A stretch of 50,381 bases of DNA from sequence record SRR20825006_252, one strand, 5' to 3'. The notes under the pieces are model-generated. The model had not been told where the DNA came from and did no database searches. It saw only the letters and a list, made by a program, of their open reading frames with translations. Position numbers and translations under genes: made by a program. This document shows, piece after piece, positions 28,179 through 36,773 of the stretch. The stretch's first letter is position 1. The number at the start of each line of letters is the position of its first letter.

Positions 28179-29852
28179 ATGACCACAGTGTCCCGTCGCA
28201 GCTTTATTGGCTCCGCTTTCGCCGCAGGTGCGGCCGCATCCGGGGTGACCATCCGACCCGCTCATGCCGACACATCGACCGTCGCCCCCGCGCCAATTGG
28301 AGTGCAAACCGGGCAGCGGATCACGGCAGAGGACGCGCGCTTTCAGGCGCTGCGCACGGGCAACAACCAGCGGTTTTTGTCGACACCAGACTATGTGCGC
28401 ATGATCCACACACCACAAGATGCCTTGCTGGCCACCCAAGAAGCGCTTGATCTGGGCAAAAAATTTACCGTCCGCTCTGGCGGGCATTGTTTTGCTGATT
28501 TCGTCTGCAATCCCGAAACCGAAGTGATCCTTGATATGGCGCCGATGCGGGCGGTTGGGTTTGATGAGACGGTTGGTGCGTTTTATGCCGAGCCGGGTGG
28601 GATGCTGATTGATGTCTATGAACGCCTTTACAAAGGCTGGGGTGTGACCCTACCGGCGGGCATTTGTTATTCGGTGGGCGTGGGCGGGCATATTGTTGGC
28701 GGCGGCTACGGGCTTTTGTCGCGCAAATATGGGCTGACCGTGGATCACCTCTCTATGGTGGAGGTGGTTGTCGTGGACGAACACCGGCAAGCACATCTGG
28801 TGCGCGCCAGCTCGGACCCGGAGGATCCGAACCATGATCTGTGGTGGGCGCATACCGGTGGTGGGGGCGGCAATTTCGGCGTTGTCACGCGCTACTGGTT
28901 CCGCACGCCCGGTGCCGAAGGCAGCGACCCCGGCGCGCAATTGATCCGCCCCCCGGCCGAAGTTCTGGTCAGCGCGGTTGCGTTTGACTGGGATCAGTTG
29001 ACGGAGACGAATTTCACCCGGCTGATCGAAAACTTCAGCCATTGGCACGCGAGCAACAGTGCCCCCGACAGCCCATACACCTCCCTGAGCAGCCTTTTTA
29101 ACGTCAGCCATCGCGCCACGGGTGCCATGGGGATGTTCACCCAAGTCGATGGCGACGATCCCAATGCCGCCACTCTTCTTGCGGAGTATATGTCGGCGCT
29201 GCTTGAGGGCACCAACATCGTTCCGCGCCCGATGCTCACCCCGATCGGTGAACTTCCCGCGATGCCGGATTACCTCGAAGGGGCGCGTCTGCCTTGGCTG
29301 CAGGCGACCAAACTTGTGGGCTCGAACAATCCGACCATCACCAATCCCACATCGCGCGGCGGTCACAAATCGGCCTATATGAAACAGGGCTTTGATCGCC
29401 GCCAAATTGCCGCGCTTTACAAACACATGAGCCGCGAAGACTTCACCAACCCCGACACGATGTTGGTGCTGTTTTCCTTTGGCGGTGCGGTGAATGCCCA
29501 AGCCCCGGATGCCACCGCCAACGCTCAGCGCTCCTCGATCTACAAAATGTGTTTCCAGACCTTTTGGAGCGATCCAAAAGACGACGCGTTTTACCTTGGC
29601 TGGTTGCGCGACATTTACGAAGACGTTTTTGCCGCAACGGGCGGTGTCCCGGTGCCCAACGAACAGATGGACGGGTGCTACATCAACTATCCCGATCGCG
29701 ATATGGCCGACCCTGCGCGCAACCGCTCCGGCGTGCCATGGTCCACGCTCTACTACAAAGACAATTACCCGCGGCTGCAAAGCGTCAAGGACCGCTACGA
29801 CCCCGGCAATGTCTTTTCCCATAGCCTCAGCATTCGCAACTCCTCGACCTGA
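28179..29852 (+). CDS. Tat-exported BBE-like (VAO/PCMH) flavin oxidase, AknOx/Dbv29/hexose oxidase-like
   Basis: SRRSFI twin-arginine signal ending AHA; VRSGGHC (His-FAD); AGICYSVGVGGH (Cys-FAD); WWAHTGGGGGNFGVVT; YINYPD; LYYKDNYPRL..VK..YDP.NVF. RBS AAGGAG before ATG 28179. Confidence 0.9.
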   Translation: MTTVSRRSFIGSAFAAGAAASGVTIRPAHADTSTVAPAPIGVQTGQRITAEDARFQALRTGNNQRFLSTPDYVRMIHTPQDALLATQEALDLGKKFTVRSGGHCFADFVCNPETEVILDMAPMRAVGFDETVGAFYAEPGGMLIDVYERLYKGWGVTLPAGICYSVGVGGHIVGGGYGLLSRKYGLTVDHLSMVEVVVVDEHRQAHLVRASSDPEDPNHDLWWAHTGGGGGNFGVVTRYWFRTPGAEGSDPGAQLIRPPAEVLVSAVAFDWDQLTETNFTRLIENFSHWHASNSAPDSPYTSLSSLFNVSHRATGAMGMFTQVDGDDPNAATLLAEYMSALLEGTNIVPRPMLTPIGELPAMPDYLEGARLPWLQATKLVGSNNPTITNPTSRGGHKSAYMKQGFDRRQIAALYKHMSREDFTNPDTMLVLFSFGGAVNAQAPDATANAQRSSIYKMCFQTFWSDPKDDAFYLGWLRDIYEDVFAATGGVPVPNEQMDGCYINYPDRDMADPARNRSGVPWSTLYYKDNYPRLQSVKDRYDPGNVFSHSLSIRNSST

Positions 29853-29947
29853 CGGCGACACTATTCGGACTGAAACTCTGCGTCACACGTTGCCCCAGCC
29901 AACGGTGTCTCTCACCGTGCCTTCCTCCCCCTTAGAAAGGACCTCCC

Positions 29948-31183
29948 ATGAAAGATTCTGTGAACAACACTATGAAAAACCCCGTGAAAAACGTCGCTTT
30001 CGTTTTTGGAACCCGCCCCGAAGCCATCAAAGTCGCCCCGGTGATCCGGGCGATGCAGGACCGGTCGGACATGCGCCCCATCGTGATTTCCACCGGGCAG
30101 CATCGCGATATGTTGCAATCGGCCATGACGGAATTTGACCTCAAGGCGGATGCCGATCTCAACATTATGAAACCGGGGCAGGGGCTTGATCAAATCACCG
30201 CCCGGATCATCACCGGGCTGGGTGCCCCGCTCAAGGACTTCGGCATCGACGCGGTTGTCGTCCATGGCGATACCGCCTCGACCTTTGCCGGAGCGCTTGG
30301 TGCTTTTTACAACCGTGTGCCTCTGATCCACCTCGAAGCAGGGCTGCGCAGTGGCCATATTTCATCGCCCTTCCCCGAAGAAGCGAACCGCAAACTGGTC
30401 TGTCAAATCTCTGATCTGCACCTTGCCCCCACTTTGGTGAGTGCCGACAATCTGTTGCATGATGGGGTGGACCCCGACCGCATCCGGGTGACGGGCAACA
30501 CCGTTGTCGATGCGGTCCGTTGGGCCGCCGCCCAGCCGGTGCCGGAGCATCAAGACGACCCGCTGGCCTTTCTTGAGGGCCCTGACTCCCGACCGATCAT
30601 CATTGCCACCGTCCATCGCCGCGAAAGCTGGGGCGCACCGATGCGCGAGATCGCCCAGGCGCTTGTCGATATTGCCCGCACCCATGATGTGCGCATCGTG
30701 ATGCCGCTGCATCTCAACCCGGTGGTCCGTGAGGCGATCCTTCCGATCGTGTCGGGCGAAGACAATATTTACCCGATCGAACCGCTGCCCTATCGCCAGT
30801 TTTGCCGCCTGATGATCAAGGCGCATCTGATCGTTTCGGACAGTTCTGGCGCAGAAGAGGAAGGCCCCTCCCTCGGCAAACCCACGCTTGTTTTGCGCGA
30901 TGTGACCGAACGGCCCGAGGCGATCACTGCGGGGGCCGCCGTTCTGATCGGGCGGACCCGTCAGGCGGTGCGAACCAAAGTGAGCGCGCTTTTGACCGAT
31001 CACATTCTCTATGACGGCATGACCCGCGCCAGCGGCGTTTACGGTGATGGTCAGGCCACTGCGCGGGTTTTGGAGGCGCTTTCGGACCTGTTCACCGGGG
31101 TCATTTCAAATGCCATTCCGGGGATTGATTTCGGGGCAATGCCGGGCAAACCGCAGTTCGCCCAGACTCAGCCCGCCGCCTGA
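29948..31183 (+). CDS. wecB: UDP-N-acetylglucosamine 2-epimerase (non-hydrolysing type)
   Basis: FGTRPEAIK, TGQHRDML, VHGDT, HLEAGLRS, PFPEEANR, VTGNTVVDA, TVHRRE, LRDVTERPE; alternative start at 29972. Confidence 0.88.
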   Translation: MKDSVNNTMKNPVKNVAFVFGTRPEAIKVAPVIRAMQDRSDMRPIVISTGQHRDMLQSAMTEFDLKADADLNIMKPGQGLDQITARIITGLGAPLKDFGIDAVVVHGDTASTFAGALGAFYNRVPLIHLEAGLRSGHISSPFPEEANRKLVCQISDLHLAPTLVSADNLLHDGVDPDRIRVTGNTVVDAVRWAAAQPVPEHQDDPLAFLEGPDSRPIIIATVHRRESWGAPMREIAQALVDIARTHDVRIVMPLHLNPVVREAILPIVSGEDNIYPIEPLPYRQFCRLMIKAHLIVSDSSGAEEEGPSLGKPTLVLRDVTERPEAITAGAAVLIGRTRQAVRTKVSALLTDHILYDGMTRASGVYGDGQATARVLEALSDLFTGVISNAIPGIDFGAMPGKPQFAQTQPAA

Positions 31184-31194
31184 TCTGACAGGGT

Positions 31195-31221
31195 GTCGAA
31201 GCCGGGGGAACCGGCTTCGAC
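31195..31221 (+). other. Intercistronic 11-bp perfect hairpin upstream of the AUDH-cupin gene
   Basis: GTCGAAGCCGG-GGGAA-CCGGCTTCGAC with no U-tract. Confidence 0.55.
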
Positions 31222-31241
31222 GGTTCGCGAAAGGAGATGAA

Positions 31242-32063
31242 ATGACCACGCTCACAACACCGCAAAGGGACTTTGGCCTGACTGGGGAGCAAACAGATGG
31301 TGACATCCGAGCGCTGAGTTTCAGCACGCCCAATCTGCCGGTCCGGGTGTTTCAAAACGGGGGGCATGTCGAGATTGGCAGTCGCGCCATCGTGGTGAAC
31401 CCTGATGTGACCCCCGTGCCGTTCTATCCGTCGGGCCTACGGGACCATATTGCGCCGCTTGGGGCGGCGTTTTTGCGCGAGGTCTCGCTGCGCAGCGACA
31501 CGACGCTTGTCACTTTGGCGTTGGATCGGCTGTCGGTGCCGGCGGATCTGTGTTCCGCGCCCGGATGGCGCAGGCTGGATACATTGCCGGGTATGGCGTC
31601 TGTGCCGGGGGCTGCGGGTCTGCCCCTGTTTCGATCCCCCAGAGATCGGGTGACAACGATTCAGGCCACCCCGGATCGCCTTGCACCGACCCTGCCGCCG
31701 GGTCCGCCGCAGTGTTGGGGCGTGTTTATGAACCTTTGGTTTGCCCCTGCGGGCACGTCCTGTCTGATCCACAACAGCCACCCGTTTCTTGAATACCATG
31801 TGCAAATTTCAGGGGATGGCGCGATGCAAAAATTTCGCCGCAATGACCCGAGCACTCTGTACGAAAATCAATATCTCGCCCCCGGCGCAGCGCACGGCAT
31901 TTACGCGGTTCAACCCGCTGGGGACGGCAGCTTTCTTTACCCATGGCACCAGTATGTCGCACGCACCGATTGCCTCTGGCTTGCCGTTGAACTTGTGCCC
32001 GAAGGCCCCGCGCCAAGGCCACACACATCGGACACTCACACTGGGCAGTGTTGCCACCACTGA
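31242..32063 (+). CDS. Stand-alone aldos-2-ulose dehydratase/isomerase (AUDH) cupin-domain protein
   Basis: NLWFAPAGTSCLIHNSHPFLEYH...AHG...YPWHQY...WLAVE resembles the AUDH isomerase cupin motifs (HNH..E.H, YPWH); RBS AAGGAG before ATG 31242. Confidence 0.72.
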   Translation: MTTLTTPQRDFGLTGEQTDGDIRALSFSTPNLPVRVFQNGGHVEIGSRAIVVNPDVTPVPFYPSGLRDHIAPLGAAFLREVSLRSDTTLVTLALDRLSVPADLCSAPGWRRLDTLPGMASVPGAAGLPLFRSPRDRVTTIQATPDRLAPTLPPGPPQCWGVFMNLWFAPAGTSCLIHNSHPFLEYHVQISGDGAMQKFRRNDPSTLYENQYLAPGAAHGIYAVQPAGDGSFLYPWHQYVARTDCLWLAVELVPEGPAPRPHTSDTHTGQCCHH

Positions 32064-32077
32064 AGGAGACGACAGAG

Positions 32078-33382
32078 ATGAATATTCAGAAAACCCCCGC
32101 CCGTCCGACCTCCGAAGCCGGGCCTCAGGCAAAGACATCCCCGCTTATGATTCCGGTGTTTGAACCCGAATTGGTGGCGGATCATTTGCGCGACGGCTAT
32201 TGGCTTGAAGCGCCGGATCTCAATCAGGATGGCAAGCCCGATCTGTTTGGATACGGGCTGCGGCTTGGTGAGATTTATTGGTATCAAAATGGCGATTGGA
32301 CCCGTCGTTTGATCACCGATGGCGTCAGAATGCCGGTTGGGGGCGACTACGCCGATATTTCCGGCAATGGCTATCCCGACCCGATCATCTGTTATGATCT
32401 TTACGGCGATATCGGCACCATCGTGGATGCAAAAGAGACCGGGGGCAAAATCGACTGGATCGAGAATCCGGGACCGGGGGTAGAAGAGACCAAGCGATGG
32501 ACACGCCATTATATTGGTCGCGCCACCGGGATGCATCGTTTGCGCGCCGGGTATTTCACCCAGACCGAGCGGCTTGAAATCATTGGGTTTCCGATTGTGA
32601 CCAAGGGCAATGTGCATGGGGTGCTGCCGCTGGTGATGTTCACGCAACCCGACGATCCTCTGACGGCGGAGGAATGGCCGATGACCACCATCGATGACAT
32701 GAGCTACCGCATGTTGCACGGGGCAGAGAAAAAGCGCGGCCTCATCCCCGGTTCGGATCGTGACTCTGTCTTGGTCGCCTCGGACGAAGGGGTGACGTGG
32801 ATTTACTATGATGCGGACACAGCCACTTGGCAGCATGTGCGGATCGGCACAGGCGAGACTTCGCAGTTCGAGGAAACCGGGTTTAAGGGCAGTGGCGATC
32901 TTGATGCAGGGCGCATTGATGGCGTTCCGATGAGCTATGTCGCCGCGATCGAGCCGTTTCACGGCAACACGGTCGCCATCTATACCCGTGACCCCGAAAG
33001 CGATCCGGCCACCGCCGGTTGGACCCGGCAGGTTCTGGATGTCTACGGCGACCCCAATGAAAATGGCGAAGGCCCCGGCCATCAAATCCTCTGCGCGGAT
33101 TTCGATGGGGATGGCGATGAAGAGTTCCTTGTGGGGCTGCGCGGACCATGGCCGTGGCAGGGGGTCATGTATTACAAAATGGTCGATAAAAAAGCCGGTG
33201 TTTTCGCCAAATGGCGGGTCTCCGATGATTCCGTCGCGCGGATCGCCATGGCTGATTTTAATGGGGATGGGCGACCGGATTTCGCCACCATCGCCTATTC
33301 CGTCGACAATTATTATCGCGCCAAACAGGCGCGGTTGATGGTATTTCGCAACCGCATTGGTGATGAAGAACCGCTTCGGTAA
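32078..33382 (+). CDS. Aldos-2-ulose dehydratase beta-propeller (FG-GAP repeat) protein
   Basis: DGYWLEA, GMHRLRAGYFT, MLHG, IEPFHGN, GPGH, DFDGDGDEE, IAYSVDNYY and repeated DxxxDG blades, as recalled for the fungal AUDH dehydratase domain; RBS AAGGAG before ATG 32078. Confidence 0.8.
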   Translation: MNIQKTPARPTSEAGPQAKTSPLMIPVFEPELVADHLRDGYWLEAPDLNQDGKPDLFGYGLRLGEIYWYQNGDWTRRLITDGVRMPVGGDYADISGNGYPDPIICYDLYGDIGTIVDAKETGGKIDWIENPGPGVEETKRWTRHYIGRATGMHRLRAGYFTQTERLEIIGFPIVTKGNVHGVLPLVMFTQPDDPLTAEEWPMTTIDDMSYRMLHGAEKKRGLIPGSDRDSVLVASDEGVTWIYYDADTATWQHVRIGTGETSQFEETGFKGSGDLDAGRIDGVPMSYVAAIEPFHGNTVAIYTRDPESDPATAGWTRQVLDVYGDPNENGEGPGHQILCADFDGDGDEEFLVGLRGPWPWQGVMYYKMVDKKAGVFAKWRVSDDSVARIAMADFNGDGRPDFATIAYSVDNYYRAKQARLMVFRNRIGDEEPLR

Positions 33383-33430
33383 AGTCCCCTCTGGAACGAA
33401 ACATCATCGATGCATCTGACTAAAAATGAT

Positions 33431-33464
33431 CTTTGCACCGGGCGGGGCGCTGTCCGGTGCAAAG
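33431..33464. terminator. Hairpin terminator between the convergent AUDH operon and the catabolic operon
   Basis: CTTTGCACCGGGC...GTCCGGTGCAAAG, a 13-bp stem with one G-U pair. Confidence 0.65.
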
Positions 33465-33517
33465 CTGTGTGATCCGATGTTGCTGTACAGCCTCACAACG
33501 CAGCGATGATCCGACCC

Positions 33518-34348
33518 TTACGGGTCAGAACGGGCTTTGGCGATCAGCGCCCTGGATCGTGTGAGCGCTTCTGCGGCGCGGCTTTGGGCATCCACGGTTT
33601 TGGCCTTGTCGATCTGGGCCACCTCGACACTCAAAACAATGTCACGCGGCAAGGCGCGCACCATGGCGATCAGATCAATCCCGCCGTCGCCGGGCAAAAG
33701 CCGTGCGCCTCGGGCAATCTCGATCATCCCGGCATCGGACGGATCATATGGCTTAGGACCATCACAAAGCTGGGCGTAGTGAATGAGCGCGGGGGGCAGG
33801 TTTTGAATCTGCGCGACCGTCCCGCCCGCCCGGTCCCAATGCAGCGCGTCGATCAGAACGCCGCCGTTGGCGCACCCCGCCGTTTCCACGATACGTTGCG
33901 CCTCGGGCAGGGTTTTGACCCCGGTCCAGGGCATGAACTCCAGATCCCCGGTCAGGTCATATTCGGCTGCGAGATCGCAAAAGGCGGCAAAGGTTTCGGT
34001 GAGCCGATCATGATTGGTATCATCGCCCGCAACAAGCACGTTGCGCGCGCCAAGCCTTTGACCGAGGGCTAGAAAATCACGGAAATCCTCGACATCCGTG
34101 TCTGGTTTAAGCCGGGCGATTTCAATATCGGCAATGCCGATCCCAGTCTCATCAAGGGCCGCTTTCACCAAAGCTTCAACTGCCGGATCAGACAAGATCG
34201 GATAGGGGGCCTCGGTTGGGGCGGCGGGCAAAAACCGCAGCCCCACAAGGTCATACCCCGTGGCCGCCGCAATGCGCACGGCCTCATGAGGCGGGACCTC
34301 ATGCGTGGTCAAAAAAGCAAGAGAGAATTTATGGGGCATGGCACTCAC
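33518..34348 (-). CDS. Sugar phosphate isomerase/epimerase (xylose-isomerase-like TIM barrel)
   Basis: AAATGYDLVGLR, LEFMPW, LIDALHW, YAQLCD, RLLPGDG, SVEV metal-ligand pattern; alternative start at 34339. Confidence 0.85.
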   Translation of the reverse strand: MSAMPHKFSLAFLTTHEVPPHEAVRIAAATGYDLVGLRFLPAAPTEAPYPILSDPAVEALVKAALDETGIGIADIEIARLKPDTDVEDFRDFLALGQRLGARNVLVAGDDTNHDRLTETFAAFCDLAAEYDLTGDLEFMPWTGVKTLPEAQRIVETAGCANGGVLIDALHWDRAGGTVAQIQNLPPALIHYAQLCDGPKPYDPSDAGMIEIARGARLLPGDGGIDLIAMVRALPRDIVLSVEVAQIDKAKTVDAQSRAAEALTRSRALIAKARSDP

Positions 34349-34956
34349 TTCAGCGGTGAAAACGGCAAGGGAAGGGCGATGGCACTGGTCATCTGTGGGG
34401 TGAGCCAGTCAGGGCCGCCTTTGGCCGGCCATTTGCCGTCCGCGACCGATTGGCTGCGCGCCTTGATGCGGGCCTCAAGCGAGCTGTAGGGCCAGATTTG
34501 CGTGACACGCGGCGCACCATCAAGGCCCCACATCGCCATGGTCAGCGGCGAATATTCCGAACGTGCCGGCATAGCGCCGCGCCATTTGTCTTGGGTGACG
34601 GACACTCCGTTCAGCTTGGCCTTATAGGTGCGAAATTCGTAGATCGGCCCATAGGTGCCGGGGGTGATCGGGGCCATGAAATCAAAGGGTTTGTAGCTGT
34701 CAAACCGCAGGTCGACCAAATGCTCCATACAGCCCATCGGATTGTCGGACATCACAGCGCGTTCGCGTTCGTCCATCATCTCGTCCAGCGTCTCGAAACC
34801 GCGCAAAACATAGACCTCGTTGAGGGTGCCGATGTCGGTGCCAAATGCCCCGAGCAGCGTGCCTTTGCCCGCTGCAAGCCAATTTTGCAGCCCGTCCGAG
34901 GCCTTTCCTGCGCCAAAGATTACGGTCTTGAGCGTTGCGATTTCGTAATAGGCCAT
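34345..34956 (-). CDS. NIPSNAP-family protein (two domains)
   Basis: YYEIATL...GTLNEV and PIYEFRTY...IWPYSSLEAR...LPLPFSPLK; RBS AAAGGA before ATG 34956. Confidence 0.88.
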   Translation of the reverse strand: MAYYEIATLKTVIFGAGKASDGLQNWLAAGKGTLLGAFGTDIGTLNEVYVLRGFETLDEMMDERERAVMSDNPMGCMEHLVDLRFDSYKPFDFMAPITPGTYGPIYEFRTYKAKLNGVSVTQDKWRGAMPARSEYSPLTMAMWGLDGAPRVTQIWPYSSLEARIKARSQSVADGKWPAKGGPDWLTPQMTSAIALPLPFSPLK

Positions 34957-34957
34957 G

Positions 34958-36706
34958 TCATGCATCCTTTGTGTGGTGTGAAAGAGAAGGGGTCAGGCCT
35001 TTGATTGGTTGACCTGAAACTCGGCGGCCGACGATGTAGCCAAACGTCATGCCCGGCCCGAGGGTGATGCCGCCAGACGGGTAATGCCCGCCCATGATCG
35101 AGGCGGCGTCATTGCCGATGGCATAGAGCCCGGGCGTCGGCGCTCCGTTTTGCCCAAGCACCTGCCCGTCGGCGGTGGTTTTGATCCCGGCAAATGTACC
35201 AAGGCTGCCGGGCACGAGTTTGACCGCATAAAACGGCCCGCGCTCCAATGGCCCCAAGGTCGGGTTTGGACCTTTGTGTTTGGCCCAGCCTTGGACGCGG
35301 TTGTACAGTGACGCGCCGCGGTGAAACACCGGGTCGTGACCTTCGCGCGCGCCGTCATTGAACCGCGCGATGGTCTGTGCAAGCGCCTCGGGGGGCAAGC
35401 CGCACTGCGCCGCCAAATCTGTGATCCGTCGCCCGCGTTTGAGGTAGCCGGAGCGCAGATAGCGGGTGAGCGGGAAGGGAAAGGGCTTGGCCCAGCCGAT
35501 GCCAAATTGCCTCTGCGCCCGGTGATCACAGATCAGCCAAGCCTCCGGCGCGCAGCCCTTTGGCGTCACCGCAAACAGGGCTTTCATGAACTCATGATAG
35601 CTGTCGGCCTCGTTGACGAACCTCTGCCCACGCATATCCACCGCGATGAATCCGGGTTTGGCGCGATCAATGAGATGAGGGAAATTTTTGAACCCACCCT
35701 CACCATCCGGGACGCGGGACACGGGCGCCCATGCGGCGGGTTCAGCGAGGCTCATGTCAAGCGCCGCACCAACCGTTTCAGCCAAACGCAAGCCGTCGCC
35801 GGTGTTTGATTTGGGCGCAGCAGAGGCATGCGCGATGGTGTCGGTGTGGGCAAAACTGTGTGTTTGTCGCAGGGCATCATGCGGGTAGCCGCCCGTCGCA
35901 AGCACCACACCTTTGCGGGCGGTGATGCGGATTGGCGTCCCTTGTCGGATCACGGATGCACCCACGATCCGACCCTTATCATGGCGCAGGCGGGTCACCG
36001 GACTGTCATGCCAAAGCTGAACCCCGCTGTCCGCCGCCCCTTTCAAAAGCTGCGCCACAAGGGCATTGCCGCCCACAAGCTGCATCGAACGCCGATAGCG
36101 CGCCAGATCATAGAGATGTTTGGCCAGCCGTTTGGTGACATGCCACAGCGCGCTTGGGGAGCGGGTCGCATTGAAAAAATGTGCCATATCCGCACCGCTG
36201 CCAATGCCCATGCCCCAGAGCGACACGACATCGAGTGGCGGCCGCAGCCGCGCCATCAAAGGGCCAAGTTGACGCCCATCATAGGCCGCGGCGGTCACGG
36301 ATCGCCCGCCTTCGGCGGCACCGTCATGGGCGTAAAAGTCAGGCACATGATTGCCATCAACCCAGGTCATGACGCCGATCTCTTCGAGAAAGCGCAGCAT
36401 GTCGGGACCGTTTTGTAAGAACGTCTCTATGCGCGGGTCATTGGCGCGATTGCCCAACAGGGCGCGCAGATAGCGGCGGGGTTTGGCGTCGGGCTCAGTG
36501 ATCCCGGCGCGGATCGCCTGTGGGTTCTGTGGAATCCAAAGCCAGCCGCCGGACCATGCGGAGGTACCGCCGAAAACGCCGGTTTTCTCGGCCACAATGA
36601 CCTCAAGCCCTGCCTTCGCAGCCGTGATCGCGGCACACAATCCCGCTGCGCCTGATCCAACGATCAGAACGTCGCAGGCGGTGACGCCCGCCGTTTCGCT
36701 GTCCAT
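34958..36706 (-). CDS. FAD-dependent oxidoreductase, KstD/fumarate reductase flavoprotein-like (paralogue 1)
   Basis: DVLIVGSGAAG, GGTSAWSGG, GVVLATGG, RFVNEADSY, GLYAIGN, YPSGGITLGPG. Confidence 0.9.
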   Translation of the reverse strand: MDSETAGVTACDVLIVGSGAAGLCAAITAAKAGLEVIVAEKTGVFGGTSAWSGGWLWIPQNPQAIRAGITEPDAKPRRYLRALLGNRANDPRIETFLQNGPDMLRFLEEIGVMTWVDGNHVPDFYAHDGAAEGGRSVTAAAYDGRQLGPLMARLRPPLDVVSLWGMGIGSGADMAHFFNATRSPSALWHVTKRLAKHLYDLARYRRSMQLVGGNALVAQLLKGAADSGVQLWHDSPVTRLRHDKGRIVGASVIRQGTPIRITARKGVVLATGGYPHDALRQTHSFAHTDTIAHASAAPKSNTGDGLRLAETVGAALDMSLAEPAAWAPVSRVPDGEGGFKNFPHLIDRAKPGFIAVDMRGQRFVNEADSYHEFMKALFAVTPKGCAPEAWLICDHRAQRQFGIGWAKPFPFPLTRYLRSGYLKRGRRITDLAAQCGLPPEALAQTIARFNDGAREGHDPVFHRGASLYNRVQGWAKHKGPNPTLGPLERGPFYAVKLVPGSLGTFAGIKTTADGQVLGQNGAPTPGLYAIGNDAASIMGGHYPSGGITLGPGMTFGYIVGRRVSGQPIKGLTPSLSHHTKDA

Positions 36707-36773
36707 TGTCCTGCTTTCGTTTCACAGCGCGAAAGTCGTTCGCGCATTCGGGTCAGATGACAGGACCTTGCGG

